Assembly: GCA_040218735.1 (NCBI GenBank)
Contig: JAVJQW010000041.1
Coordinates: forward strand, 192,001 to 256,000
Origin: Deltaproteobacteria bacterium
GTDB taxonomy: Bacteria > Myxococcota > Kuafuiibacteriia > Kuafuiibacteriales > Kuafuiibacteriaceae
Direction of reading: 5' to 3'
Length of the DNA stretch: 64,000 bases
In this document: one piece after another, positions 54,078 through 63,453 of the stretch
Numbering within the stretch: the first letter of the stretch is position 1
Layout: every line of letters begins with the position of its first letter
Notes under the pieces: model-generated
Told to the model about the DNA's origin: nothing
What the model saw: only the letters and a program-made list of their open reading frames with translations
The model's database searches: none
Translations under genes and position numbers: made by a program

Positions 54078-55289
54078 TTAGGGCAGGGGAGGCAGCGGCC
54101 CGACGAACGTCGAGGCGCAGCCGCTCGACGGTCCGCTCAGCCCGTTGATCACGGTGAGGGCGTCGAGCGTCGACAGGACGTTGTCGTTGTTCACGTCGAG
54201 GAAGCCGTTGTTGTTCGGCTGCACGAGCTGCACGCCGGCGCTGATCGCGTTGATGATGCGCAGCGCATCCGAGGGCGTCACGTTGCCGTCGGCGTTGGTG
54301 TCGCAGGGGTGCAGCGGGTTGTGGAAGCCGAAGCCGTAGCCGTCGGCGCCGGTCAGCGCGTTGTCACCGTTCACATCGGGGAAGAGGCCGAGGTCGTTCG
54401 GCACGGAGAGCGCGCCGGTCCCGTCGCGGTCGATCAGCTGCAGGAGCAACAGCAGGTCGCTGATGCTCGAGCCGCCGCTCATGTCGAGGTCGCTCGCGTT
54501 GTTCGGGTTGGTGAAGCCGGCGAACCAGGCGTCGTGGTTCGATGCGTCGAGGATGAAGTTCAGCTCGGTGTCGGTCTGCTGGAAGATGCCGTAGCTGCAG
54601 CTGTAGAGCTCACCCGACGCGATGCCGACCACGGCGTCGAAGGTGCCGGTCGCGAGCGCCGGACCGCCGGAGTCACCCTGGCAGATCGACGCGCCGTCCG
54701 AGACGTGCACCCAGAGCTCGTCGAGGTAGTAGAACAGGACGTTCGTCGACGCGCTGTTGCGCTCGGTGGCGGTACCGGACGGCGTCGTCGGACCGTAGCC
54801 GACCAGCGTGACGGTGGCGGCCGGGAGCGCGAGCGCGCCGAGCGCGACCACGGTCGGCGCGATGGTCGTCACCGGCTGCGTCAGGCGCAGCACCGCGATG
54901 TCGTGCTGCCCGTAGAACGCGTTCGGGTTGTAGCTCGGGTGGACCTCGAACGCCGCGACATCGACGTTCGGCGGGAGGGGGCCGTACGGGAAGAAGCCGG
55001 CGCCCGTGAACTGGATGCCGAGTGTGTTGGGGTTCGCGCCGTCCACGCAGTGTGCGGCCGTCAGCGCGGTCTGCGGGCCCACGAGAACGACGCTGCAGAG
55101 GGTGTTGTCCGCGTAGTCGAGGAGGTGGCCGACCGACACGTGGGTCGAGTCCGGCTGACCGTTGATGATCGCCGACGATTCGACGCCGATGTCATCGGGA
55201 CCGATCGCCTCGGGCCCGAATTCATCGGAGGCCACGCCGCCGCAGCCGACGACGAGGCAGAGAGGGAGGATACGTTTGTAGGTTGTCAT
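54078..55289 (-). CDS. Trypsin-like (S1) serine protease lipoprotein with C-terminal dockerin-type repeats
   Basis: Lipobox VVG-C, IING mature N-terminus, TAAHC, HDIAVL, CQGDSGGP; TNPNNASDLD, PDVNGDN, HNPLHPCDTNADGNVTPSDALRIINAI, LDVNNDNVLSTLDALTVINGL. Confidence 0.9.
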   Translation of the reverse strand: MTTYKRILPLCLVVGCGGVASDEFGPEAIGPDDIGVESSAIINGQPDSTHVSVGHLLDYADNTLCSVVLVGPQTALTAAHCVDGANPNTLGIQFTGAGFFPYGPLPPNVDVAAFEVHPSYNPNAFYGQHDIAVLRLTQPVTTIAPTVVALGALALPAATVTLVGYGPTTPSGTATERNSASTNVLFYYLDELWVHVSDGASICQGDSGGPALATGTFDAVVGIASGELYSCSYGIFQQTDTELNFILDASNHDAWFAGFTNPNNASDLDMSGGSSISDLLLLLQLIDRDGTGALSVPNDLGLFPDVNGDNALTGADGYGFGFHNPLHPCDTNADGNVTPSDALRIINAISAGVQLVQPNNNGFLDVNNDNVLSTLDALTVINGLSGPSSGCASTFVGPLPPLP

Positions 55290-55397
55290 GCGTCTCATGT
55301 TGAACAGACGCAGTCCGAGCACCAGGGCTGTGGGAGCGCACACGACCGGCCCCGAGCGAACCTCGGGTCCAGCGCATGCAAGACAAGTTGACAGCGC

Positions 55398-57722
55398 TCA
55401 CGCGCGGCGGCGGCGGCGCGTGATCCCCAGCGCGACGATCAACATCAACACCCATCCGTCGGTGCTCCCTGGAACGTTGGTACAGCCAGACGGCTCCGGC
55501 TGTACGGGCTTCGGCTCGACGCGCATCGACAGCGGCTGCACGTCCGTCTGACCCGACTCGTCCTCCACGCGCACGACGAAGGCGAACAACCCGTCCTCGG
55601 TGGGCGTGCCCGAGATCGTCCCGTCCGTCGAGAGCGCGAGGCCGTCCGGGAGCTCACCCGCCCCTGCGAGCACCGACCACGTGGGCGTACCGTCGGCGTT
55701 GGCGACGCCGAGGTCGACGAAGACCTCGGTGCCGACCTCCGCCTCGCGCAACGTGCGCGTCGTGATGACGAAATCACGATCCGTCGCGACCTCGACCAAG
55801 AACACCGCGGTGTCGATGACGTCCGTGGCGTCCTGCACGCGCACGGTGATCGGGAAGAGACCGACGCGCTGAGGCACGCCGCACAGCGCGCCGTTCGACG
55901 CGAGCTCGAGCCCCGGCACGCCACCGTCGACCGCGCTCCACCGGTACGGCTCGAGGCCGCCCTCCGCGATCAGCTCCACGTCGGACGTCTCGCAGTACGA
56001 CTCCCCGACGACCGCCGACGGGAGCGGCTGCGAGAGGATCTGCACGGCGTCACTCGCGCGGAGGACGTGCAGCGTCAGGAGCTTCTGCGCGGTGACGTCG
56101 AGGTCGTCCTTCACCTCGAAGGTGATGTCGAAGGCACCCGCCGCCTGCACCGTGCCGCAGAGCAACCCTTCTTCGGAGAACGTCACGCCCGGCGGCAGCG
56201 TGGTGACCGCACGCCAGACGTACGGCGTCTGTCCGCCGACGGCGACGAGCGCGTGGCAGAACGAACGGCCCACGAAGACCGCGGGGAGGGAGGTCGTCGC
56301 AAACGCCGGCGAGACGGTCGGGCTCAGCACACGCATCGCGAAGGTGCGATCCGCGTGGGCCGTTCCGCTGTTCGCGCGCAGCGTGACCTCGTAGCGACCC
56401 TCGTTCGTCGGGGTGCCGGTCAGGAAGCCGTCCGGGTCGAGCGTGATGCCAGGCGGGAGCGCGCCGCTCGCGATCGACCACGTGACCGGGAGCGGACCGC
56501 CCAGGGCGTACAGGCCGAGCTCGTAGGGTACGCCGACCGTCGCCGCGTCGAGGTGATCGGTGGTGATGACGATCGTCGCCGAGTAGATCGGCACCTTTGG
56601 CCCGACCGCGAGGTTGTTCGTCTCCTGCACCTCCTCGACGACGTCGTCGCCGTCGAGACGCAGGAGCACGCGATACTCGCCCGGCAGGACGGAGCCGGGG
56701 ATGCGAACGACGTCGACGCCGTAGTCGAACGTGTCCTGGGCGACCGACGTCGCGAAGCTCGCGAGGGGGACGTCCAAGGGATCGAGGCGATCGTCGCGCG
56801 ACAGGAAGTAGTCGTAGGGCACGGCGGGCGCGTCCGCGGGACCGATGTTCGAGATGATGCGCGTGATCGCGAGCTCCTCACCCGCGGCCGCCGCGGTCGC
56901 GGTGCCCACGACCTCCGCGGTGAGGTCCGGCACCGGCCAGAGGATCTGCACGGCGGGGCGAGCGGGGAGGCCGTTGTTGTTCACGTTCGACTCCAGCAGG
57001 TCGGCGAAGATGTCCGCGAGCGCGCCGATGTACCAAGCGCCCGTCGACGTGAACGTCCCCGGGAGCACGAGGGTGTCGGTGAACGTGATGGTCTGGCCCG
57101 CCGGGATCGAGACCGGGCCGAACGTCTGCAGCTCGGTGTCGAAGATGCGGATGCGCGCGTCGTCGGAGACGTAGTAGCGATACGAGAAGTCGTTGGCGTC
57201 GATGGTGCTGTCGTTCTGAAGCGTGATCGACGCCGCGAACGGCCGGCCGAGGAAGACAAACGGGTCGGCCGTGACGCTCGTGACGCGGATGTCCGGTCCG
57301 AGGATCGTGAGCAGCGACGAGGACGCCACGCTGTTGTTCGTCTCGTCCGCTTCGGCGACCAGGCCGTCCGGGTCGATCACCGCGAACAGATTCACGGGCA
57401 CACCCGGGACGACCCCGCGGCCCGGCTCGACCGTCAGTGGAAAAGTCACTTCGAGTATCTCGGCGCCCGGGAAGAACACGTAGCCGGTGTAGAGCACCGG
57501 ATCTTGGGTGTCGAAGAGCGGGTCGCCGGACGCGACGATCGCCACCGGCACGTTGCCGGTGAACGGCGCGCCGACCGAGCTGAACGTCGCGGTGACGTCG
57601 ATCGTATCGCCGAGCTCGACGGACGTCGGGGACACCGGGAGGAAGGAGACCGCGGTGAAGTCCGGGAGGGCGGGGCCGCTCTGAGCGATCGTGGCGAGGC
57701 AGAAGGCCAGCGGGAGCTGCAT
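55398..57722 (-). CDS. Surface protein with CARDB and putative Ig (He_PIG) repeats and MYXO-CTERM-like tail
   Basis: Three CARDB-like units ending E..E.NN, four units with GG..PY.W..G.LP.G..L...G.L.GTP, GC-TM-RRRRR C-terminus. Confidence 0.85.
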   Translation of the reverse strand: MQLPLAFCLATIAQSGPALPDFTAVSFLPVSPTSVELGDTIDVTATFSSVGAPFTGNVPVAIVASGDPLFDTQDPVLYTGYVFFPGAEILEVTFPLTVEPGRGVVPGVPVNLFAVIDPDGLVAEADETNNSVASSSLLTILGPDIRVTSVTADPFVFLGRPFAASITLQNDSTIDANDFSYRYYVSDDARIRIFDTELQTFGPVSIPAGQTITFTDTLVLPGTFTSTGAWYIGALADIFADLLESNVNNNGLPARPAVQILWPVPDLTAEVVGTATAAAAGEELAITRIISNIGPADAPAVPYDYFLSRDDRLDPLDVPLASFATSVAQDTFDYGVDVVRIPGSVLPGEYRVLLRLDGDDVVEEVQETNNLAVGPKVPIYSATIVITTDHLDAATVGVPYELGLYALGGPLPVTWSIASGALPPGITLDPDGFLTGTPTNEGRYEVTLRANSGTAHADRTFAMRVLSPTVSPAFATTSLPAVFVGRSFCHALVAVGGQTPYVWRAVTTLPPGVTFSEEGLLCGTVQAAGAFDITFEVKDDLDVTAQKLLTLHVLRASDAVQILSQPLPSAVVGESYCETSDVELIAEGGLEPYRWSAVDGGVPGLELASNGALCGVPQRVGLFPITVRVQDATDVIDTAVFLVEVATDRDFVITTRTLREAEVGTEVFVDLGVANADGTPTWSVLAGAGELPDGLALSTDGTISGTPTEDGLFAFVVRVEDESGQTDVQPLSMRVEPKPVQPEPSGCTNVPGSTDGWVLMLIVALGITRRRRRA

Positions 57723-57776
57723 CGCCCACTCCCTTCCCGCGAGCGCGTCGGACCTTCAGAAAAAGATCGTCGCGGC

Positions 57777-58373
57777 TCAGAACGCGCGGCTGAAGCGGAG
57801 CGCGACGGTCGGGACCCACGTGGGGATGGCGTCGATCTGCTCATCCAAGAAACGTGGGTCCACCTGCTGCGAGCTCAGGATCGAATCGTCGTCCACCACG
57901 GAGACCCCGAGGAGCCACCGGACGCCGACGCCGAGCGTGAGGTGATACGTGTGCGCGAGCGCCCAGCTGTACCCGACCTCGCCGAAGACGTTCTGCGACG
58001 CCGTGCCGAGCTCGGGGAGGAGGTTCAGCAGGTACCCCGCGCCGATGTACGGGCGGTAGCCGCCGAAGTTCATGAGGTACCGCAGCGACAGCGTCAGGTG
58101 CACGGCGGGCGCCGCTTCCACGCCGACGCCGGCGTACAGCTCGAGGCCCTTCACCTGCGGCATCAACCACCCCGCGACGATGCCGAGGTTGCCCTCGGGG
58201 CCCGCGCCGACCGCCGCTTCGATCACGAACTGACGTTGGTTCTGATCGAGGACGTCGCCGATCGTCTCGCTGTCGTCGTAGATCTGCCGGCCGGACGGCG
58301 TGCGAAACGCGTGGCTCTTCGCGAAGGCGGAGACCGGCGTGAGCAGGAGCAGGATCGTGAGGAGCGCCTTCAC
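57777..58373 (-). CDS. Hypothetical outer-membrane beta-barrel protein
   Basis: Signal peptide (AFA-K), alternating aromatic/Gly strands (RPYIGAGY), C-terminal F. Confidence 0.65.
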   Translation of the reverse strand: MKALLTILLLLTPVSAFAKSHAFRTPSGRQIYDDSETIGDVLDQNQRQFVIEAAVGAGPEGNLGIVAGWLMPQVKGLELYAGVGVEAAPAVHLTLSLRYLMNFGGYRPYIGAGYLLNLLPELGTASQNVFGEVGYSWALAHTYHLTLGVGVRWLLGVSVVDDDSILSSQQVDPRFLDEQIDAIPTWVPTVALRFSRAF

Positions 58374-59005
58374 TCGATCCTCCGCTGGAACACGATGCGC
58401 ACGAACCCTTCGAAGGGCGCGCCGATCTCGTCGTCGAGGCGGTCGCGCGCGATCTCGTTGTCGAAGCCGTTCGGGTCGACGAGGAACCAGTTCACCAGGT
58501 TGCCGTCCGCGGCGTACCGCACGCCGGCGAACAGACGCGCCGAGAACGACGGTGTCTCGTGGAGTGTCACGCCGACCTCGAGCAGGTTCACGTAGGCGAG
58601 CCAGAAGTGATCGGCGAGGCGCGCTTCGCCGGACACGCCGAGGCCCGCGCTCCAGTCCAGCCCGAGCCTGAAGTAGTAACGCACGTCGAGGCCGAGCTGC
58701 CCCCGAAGCTCGAGGAGGCTCGAGCGCTCCAGCTTCGGAGAGACCAACAGCCGAAACCCCACGCCGACGTCGCGGTAGCGATACGTGACCGCCGCCCCGA
58801 TCAGCTGATCGCCCAAGAGGTCCTCGCCGTAGATGCTGTCGTCACCGCGCTCGAACGCAATGCCGACGAGGAAGTAACGCTCGGGGTCCGGCGCCCAGTT
58901 CACCGCGTCGACCGGCTCGGTCTCGGGCATGTACGCGGACGCCTCGCGCGCGGACAGCGCCAAGAGCACCAACGGCAAGACCCGGATCGCGGCGTGCTTG
59001 TTCAC
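58370..59005 (-). CDS. Hypothetical exported beta-rich (barrel-like) protein
   Basis: Signal peptide (ASA-Y), amphipathic strands; GTG at 59005; GTGA overlap downstream. Confidence 0.6.
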   Translation of the reverse strand: MNKHAAIRVLPLVLLALSAREASAYMPETEPVDAVNWAPDPERYFLVGIAFERGDDSIYGEDLLGDQLIGAAVTYRYRDVGVGFRLLVSPKLERSSLLELRGQLGLDVRYYFRLGLDWSAGLGVSGEARLADHFWLAYVNLLEVGVTLHETPSFSARLFAGVRYAADGNLVNWFLVDPNGFDNEIARDRLDDEIGAPFEGFVRIVFQRRIE

Positions 59006-59032
59006 GACTGGCTTCGTTGATACTCGAAATTC

Positions 59033-59929
59033 GTGGCGCGTACATCCCTGGTGGCGCTGCTCTCGCTGACGCCGTTCCTCGCGACGTGCGGGAGCCTTCT
59101 CGACCTGTGCCCGCCGGTCGACGGCCGCGTCGGCTTCTTCTCGCGCGGCGACTGCGTGTTCACGCGCGGGAGCTTCTTCGCCGGGCACGAGTGGGTGACG
59201 TACTTCGGCAACGACGCGATCGACCCGGCCGACCGCTTCTCGGAGTCGGAGATCGGCTACGTCGTCGAGGGCAACCGCCGCACGGACTTCCCGATCGAGA
59301 TGCTCGTGCACCTCAACACCAGCGTCCTCGCGTACACCAACGCCGTCGTCGAGTACCAGGACCGGCCCGAGAACCAGGCGATCCACTTCCTCCTCCGGGC
59401 CGACTCGCAGACACCCGCCGCCAAGGAGGAGGCGGAGGCGCTGATGCTCGCGAAGTCGAAGGAGGCGGTGCGGCTGTGGTCGACGGAGCGCATCCGCGCG
59501 CTGACGCTGATCGGTCAGGTCTGCCACACGATTCAGGACTCGTACTCGCCGGCGCACGTCGTGCGACGCCGCACGGCGAACGGATCGCGGTGCATCGATG
59601 TGATGAAGTCGTTCGTCACGCGCGCGCCGGGCTTCGAGATGGACCACAAGGGGCGGCCCGCTCAGTTCCACGGCGGCGACGAGACGACCAACATCGGGCA
59701 CACCACGACCGAGGACTCCATCTACCGCGAAGGTCGCGACTGCCACACGCCGCGTACCGCCCAAGAGGTTCGTGACTGTCTGTCGGAGGACGCGCTGGCG
59801 GCGGTGGACGGGACGACGGACTACCTCGCCGCGATGCACGACCTCGTCGTCAACGGCGCGTCCGAGGACGCGGTCGACGCCGCGCTCGCCGACTACTTCG
59901 CGCGACGCTTCGCATTCTGTCCGGACTGA
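59033..59929 (+). CDS. Lipoprotein of zinc-dependent phospholipase C/P1 nuclease/HET-C-like fold
   Basis: Lipobox FLAT-C, GHEWVT, GN..TD.P, HFL, G..CHTIQDSYS.AH metal-ligand pattern. Confidence 0.6.
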   Translation: MARTSLVALLSLTPFLATCGSLLDLCPPVDGRVGFFSRGDCVFTRGSFFAGHEWVTYFGNDAIDPADRFSESEIGYVVEGNRRTDFPIEMLVHLNTSVLAYTNAVVEYQDRPENQAIHFLLRADSQTPAAKEEAEALMLAKSKEAVRLWSTERIRALTLIGQVCHTIQDSYSPAHVVRRRTANGSRCIDVMKSFVTRAPGFEMDHKGRPAQFHGGDETTNIGHTTTEDSIYREGRDCHTPRTAQEVRDCLSEDALAAVDGTTDYLAAMHDLVVNGASEDAVDAALADYFARRFAFCPD

Positions 59930-60006
59930 ACCCGAGACGAGCGTGGCGAAGTGGCACGGTCGAGGCACGATGCGTCACGGGATCGCCGACGCGACGGGCC
60001 ACGCGG

Positions 60007-60023
60007 TTGGCCCGCGCCTTGAA
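60007..60023 (+). promoter_or_regulatory. Possible sigma54-like promoter TTGGCCCGCGCCTTGAA
   Basis: TGGC-N8-TTGA with GG-N10 spacing, but GA replaces GC at -12 and the leader would be very short. Confidence 0.25.
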
Positions 60024-60036
60024 TTCACCTCCGCGC

Positions 60037-60246
60037 ATGAAGACGATTCAAGCTGTCGACACCCAAGAAGTCCTCGAGAACGCCAAGACCATGGGCTCGA
60101 ACGCGCTCGACACCGTGAAGGACGCGAGTGTGCGCGCGAAGGACTACGCCGTGGAGCACAAGGCCATCACGATGGTCGGTGCCGTCGCGGTGGCCGCCAT
60201 GGCGTTCGGCGCGTTCGCGCTGTTCAAGAAGAAGCAGGACGCGTGA
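60037..60246 (+). CDS. Small tail-anchored protein (ElaB/YqjD-like)
   Basis: Helical Ala/Lys/Asp N-terminus, AKDYAVEH, C-terminal TM followed by KKK. Confidence 0.65.
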   Translation: MKTIQAVDTQEVLENAKTMGSNALDTVKDASVRAKDYAVEHKAITMVGAVAVAAMAFGAFALFKKKQDA

Positions 60247-60247
60247 C

Positions 60248-60610
60248 TCAACCGCCGCCGACCGACGAGGTCTTCGTCATCGGCGGCGCCGCATGGAGGG
60301 TGGGCTCGCAGATCGCCGTGATGCGCGCGATCGGGAACGAAACGAGCAGCCACACCTCTGCGTAGTAATCGAGCTGCACGGAGTGGATCCGTGCGCAACG
60401 ATACCGCCGCTTCGCGCGTGCCATCAGCACCGCGAAGTGGTCCGGTTCCGAAACCTGGAACAGCGACAACAAAGAGAGGCCGCTGTCCTCCTCCGTGATG
60501 AACGTCGCGTCGTGCGAGGGCTCGATGGCCTCGACGACCGCCTGCCGCGAGTAGTGCAGCGTGCAGCCGGAGAGCGCCGCGGCCAACACGACCATGAGCC
60601 ACGCCTTCAT
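60248..60610 (-). CDS. Small lipoprotein
   Basis: Lipobox ALSG-C; ATGA overlap with upstream gene. Confidence 0.7.
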   Translation of the reverse strand: MKAWLMVVLAAALSGCTLHYSRQAVVEAIEPSHDATFITEEDSGLSLLSLFQVSEPDHFAVLMARAKRRYRCARIHSVQLDYYAEVWLLVSFPIARITAICEPTLHAAPPMTKTSSVGGG

Positions 60611-61359
60611 CGTGGCGGAGGTTTAGCGGATCTCGGCCCGCGGGGCGAGCGCAACGGGGCCGGAACCCACCCGTCGATCGCGCGCGCCGCGGCCGGGCAC
60701 ACCCGTTTGTAGGAAGCGACGCGTTCGGCGGGGGTCTCGCCGGTCGCGCGCGCGAGCATCTCGACGAGGCACTCCGGAGGCGCCCGATCCTCCGCGAGCC
60801 GGTGCGCCAGGCGAGCGCCGAGCGGGTGGGGATCGAAGCGGAGGTCCGCGAGGGCGAGCGCCGACCAGTCGTCCGAGGCCGGGGCCGTCACACGACGCTC
60901 CACCCCCTTCGCGATGAAGTCCGCGACGCCCTCCTCGGCGGCGCGGTGCAGGCGCTCCGTCGGCATCGATGCGGTCGACGTCCCGATGCGGCGCTCGAAG
61001 ACGGCCACGTGCACGAGCTCGTGCACCCACACACTCGGAGGTAGCGCCTCGCCCTCGACGAGCACCACGCCGTTCAGCACTTCGATGCGGTCGAGCGGCG
61101 CACCGTCCACCTCGGGCCCGAAGAGGATGTCGACGCGCTTCGGGGAGATCGCACCGAGCGCGCCGCGGGCGGTGCGTGCCGCCATGAACGCGCGGTAGGG
61201 GGCGCCGCGTTCGCAGCGCGCGAGCTCCCCTCGCATGGCGGCTCCGTTCGCGACGCGCCCGCCCGCGAAGACACGAAGCGTACCGTCATCGAGGTTCGGT
61301 CCGGGGCACACCGTCGACTCACACCCCGCGAGCAACAAGAGCAGATACGCGTGCCTCAT
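60607..61359 (-). CDS. Lipoprotein with gluzincin-type HExxH motif
   Basis: Lipobox LLAG-C, WVHELVH followed by AAEEGVADF third ligand. Confidence 0.7.
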   Translation of the reverse strand: MRHAYLLLLLAGCESTVCPGPNLDDGTLRVFAGGRVANGAAMRGELARCERGAPYRAFMAARTARGALGAISPKRVDILFGPEVDGAPLDRIEVLNGVVLVEGEALPPSVWVHELVHVAVFERRIGTSTASMPTERLHRAAEEGVADFIAKGVERRVTAPASDDWSALALADLRFDPHPLGARLAHRLAEDRAPPECLVEMLARATGETPAERVASYKRVCPAAARAIDGWVPAPLRSPRGPRSAKPPPR

Positions 61360-62630
61360 CGGGTGAGTCGGTAGATCAGGAGGGCAGCGCGCTCCGTCGC
61401 GACGCGAAGGTGTGCGATGTCCATGCGCTCCTTGCGGGTGTGGGCGCCGCTCCCCGCGGGACCGAGGCCGGCGAGGGACGCCTTCACGATCGGCGCGACG
61501 AACGAGATGTCCGCGGCGCCGCGTTTCGACGGCGGGACCAGGCCGAGCTTGCCACGCCCGAGGTCCGCGTTGACGCCGGCGAGTCGATCGAACAGCGCCC
61601 GGTTCGCATCGGTCGGCGACATGGCGGGGTAGCCGTCGGTGAACTCGAGCTCGACCTTCGTCTTCGGGAGCGCCGCGCTCGCGATCTTCTTCATCGCGGC
61701 GCGCGCTTCTTCCTTCTGCTTCTCAGAGAGGAAGCGCAGGTCGCCGCTGATCTCGACCGCAGCGCCGAGTTTGTTGCTCTTCCCCGACGCCTCGCCGTGG
61801 GTGTTCGTGCCGTTCAGCTTCGCGTCGGTGCCGCCCGCAACGACGCCGGGGTTGATCGTCAGACCCTCGTGCGCCGCGAACCACGCGCGTGTTGCTTCGA
61901 GGAAACGCGCGGCTTCGTAGATCGCGCCGTACCCCATCGCGCCGCCGATGCCGGAGGAGTGTCCGCCGGGTGCGGTGATGCGCGCGCGCCAGCCGCTCGA
62001 ACCGCGCCGGGCGATCGACACCTCCGCTTCGCCCATCCCCGGCTCGAAGCCGAGCGCGACGTCCGAGATCTTCGCGGCGTCGATCAGCGCGCGGCGCGTC
62101 CGTTCGACCGGCTTGCCCGGCTTCTCCTCGTCGCCGATCAGCGCGACGGTGATCGTCACGTCGTCGAGCGCCTTCGCCGCGTGCAGCGCTTCGAGCGCCG
62201 CGAGGATCACGACGTCGCCGCCCTTCATGTCGTAGACGCCGGGCCCGACGAGGAACTTGCCGTCCCGCTTCACGCGTTGGAACGGGTCGTCCGGCTCGAA
62301 CACGGTGTCGAGGTGTCCGATGAGCAGGATGCGTTGCCCGCGCGTCCCGCGGCGTGTGGCGAAGAGGTGCCCGCCGCGCTTCATTCGCTTCGGGAGGGTG
62401 ATCCAGCGGGTGTCGAAGCCGATCCCCGCGAGGCGCTTTCGGAAGACCTCACCGACCTTCCGAACGCCCGCAGGATTCAACGTCCCGCTGTTGATGCGGG
62501 ACGTCTCGGTCACGAGCGCCACCGCCTCGTCCGCGTGCGCGGCGACGTGGGCGACGATCGCGCGTTCCGAGGCGTCGAGATCGGCCGAAACGAGCGTGGT
62601 GGCGACGGTCAGCGCGAGCGGCGCGAGCAC
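61356..62630 (-). CDS. M20 metallopeptidase (carboxypeptidase G2-like), exported
   Basis: IGHLDTVF, GPGVYDMKGG, GDEE, FE, GHSS, GAAD, GAHT..E. Confidence 0.92.
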   Translation of the reverse strand: MLAPLALTVATTLVSADLDASERAIVAHVAAHADEAVALVTETSRINSGTLNPAGVRKVGEVFRKRLAGIGFDTRWITLPKRMKRGGHLFATRRGTRGQRILLIGHLDTVFEPDDPFQRVKRDGKFLVGPGVYDMKGGDVVILAALEALHAAKALDDVTITVALIGDEEKPGKPVERTRRALIDAAKISDVALGFEPGMGEAEVSIARRGSSGWRARITAPGGHSSGIGGAMGYGAIYEAARFLEATRAWFAAHEGLTINPGVVAGGTDAKLNGTNTHGEASGKSNKLGAAVEISGDLRFLSEKQKEEARAAMKKIASAALPKTKVELEFTDGYPAMSPTDANRALFDRLAGVNADLGRGKLGLVPPSKRGAADISFVAPIVKASLAGLGPAGSGAHTRKERMDIAHLRVATERAALLIYRLTR

Positions 62631-62705
62631 CCCGCGAGTCTACCCAGGGAGCCCGAACCGTGCCATAAGGCCGCCGAAACAGGCGTTTCTCGGAGGGAGC
62701 AGCAC

Positions 62706-63449
62706 TTGGGCGGTTTCATGCGCACGTTGGCCAAAGTGGGCCTGGTCGAACTGGAAGACGACGAACTGCGGGGGCCGGACGGCGCGCCCGCCGAAGAGAT
62801 GAGCGACGACGAAGCGCGTCGGATCATCGCGGAGGCGTCGGGCCGAAGCGGCGACGCGACCCAGCCCGCGCCCGCCGCGAGCCCCGAGCCGGAACCGCTT
62901 GTCGACCTGCCCCCTGGGACCACGATCGAAGAGGGCCAGTCATTCGATACGCTCTACGAAGAAGCCGGGGTGCGACCGTCCCCGTTCAGCGCCGAGAAGC
63001 TCCTTCGTCTCCTCGAAGGGCTCAAGGTGATGGACCCGGCTTCGCGGAAGACCGCGGTCCGCGCGATGGACTCGGCGGACGACTCCTGGACCATCGAGGA
63101 TCCGATGATCGACGCGCAGCGAAAGATCGGGGCGCTCGAAGCCGGGAAACGTCGGCTCGCGGAGCACGTCGGTCAGGCGCAGGCGAAGGCCGAAGCCGAC
63201 CTGAAGGCGCAGGCGGAGTACGAGGTCCAGGCGACCGAGGAGATCCGCAAGCAGATCGCGGAGCTCGAGGCGTTGCTGCAGCGGGAGGTCCATCAGGTCG
63301 CCGAGCAGCGCGCGAAGATCCAAGCCGAAGCCGAGGCGACCCGTCAGGCGGCCACGCGCGAGAGCGCGCGGTTGGACGCCGAGATCGGTCGGCTCGCCGA
63401 GATCACGAAGCTGTTCTCGCAACCCACCTCAGAACCAGGGAGTCAGTGA
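62706..63449 (+). CDS. Hypothetical coiled-coil protein
   Basis: GGFMRTLAKVGLVE N-terminus, YEEAGV.PSPF.AEKLL, long heptad C-terminus; start TTG 62706 or ATG 62718. Confidence 0.72.
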   Translation: MGGFMRTLAKVGLVELEDDELRGPDGAPAEEMSDDEARRIIAEASGRSGDATQPAPAASPEPEPLVDLPPGTTIEEGQSFDTLYEEAGVRPSPFSAEKLLRLLEGLKVMDPASRKTAVRAMDSADDSWTIEDPMIDAQRKIGALEAGKRRLAEHVGQAQAKAEADLKAQAEYEVQATEEIRKQIAELEALLQREVHQVAEQRAKIQAEAEATRQAATRESARLDAEIGRLAEITKLFSQPTSEPGSQ

Positions 63450-63453
63450 ATCG

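Noticed and set aside
55348-55370. Hairpin CCCGAG-cgaac-CTCGGG as an intrinsic terminator
   Set aside because: No U-tract on either strand; too weak to call
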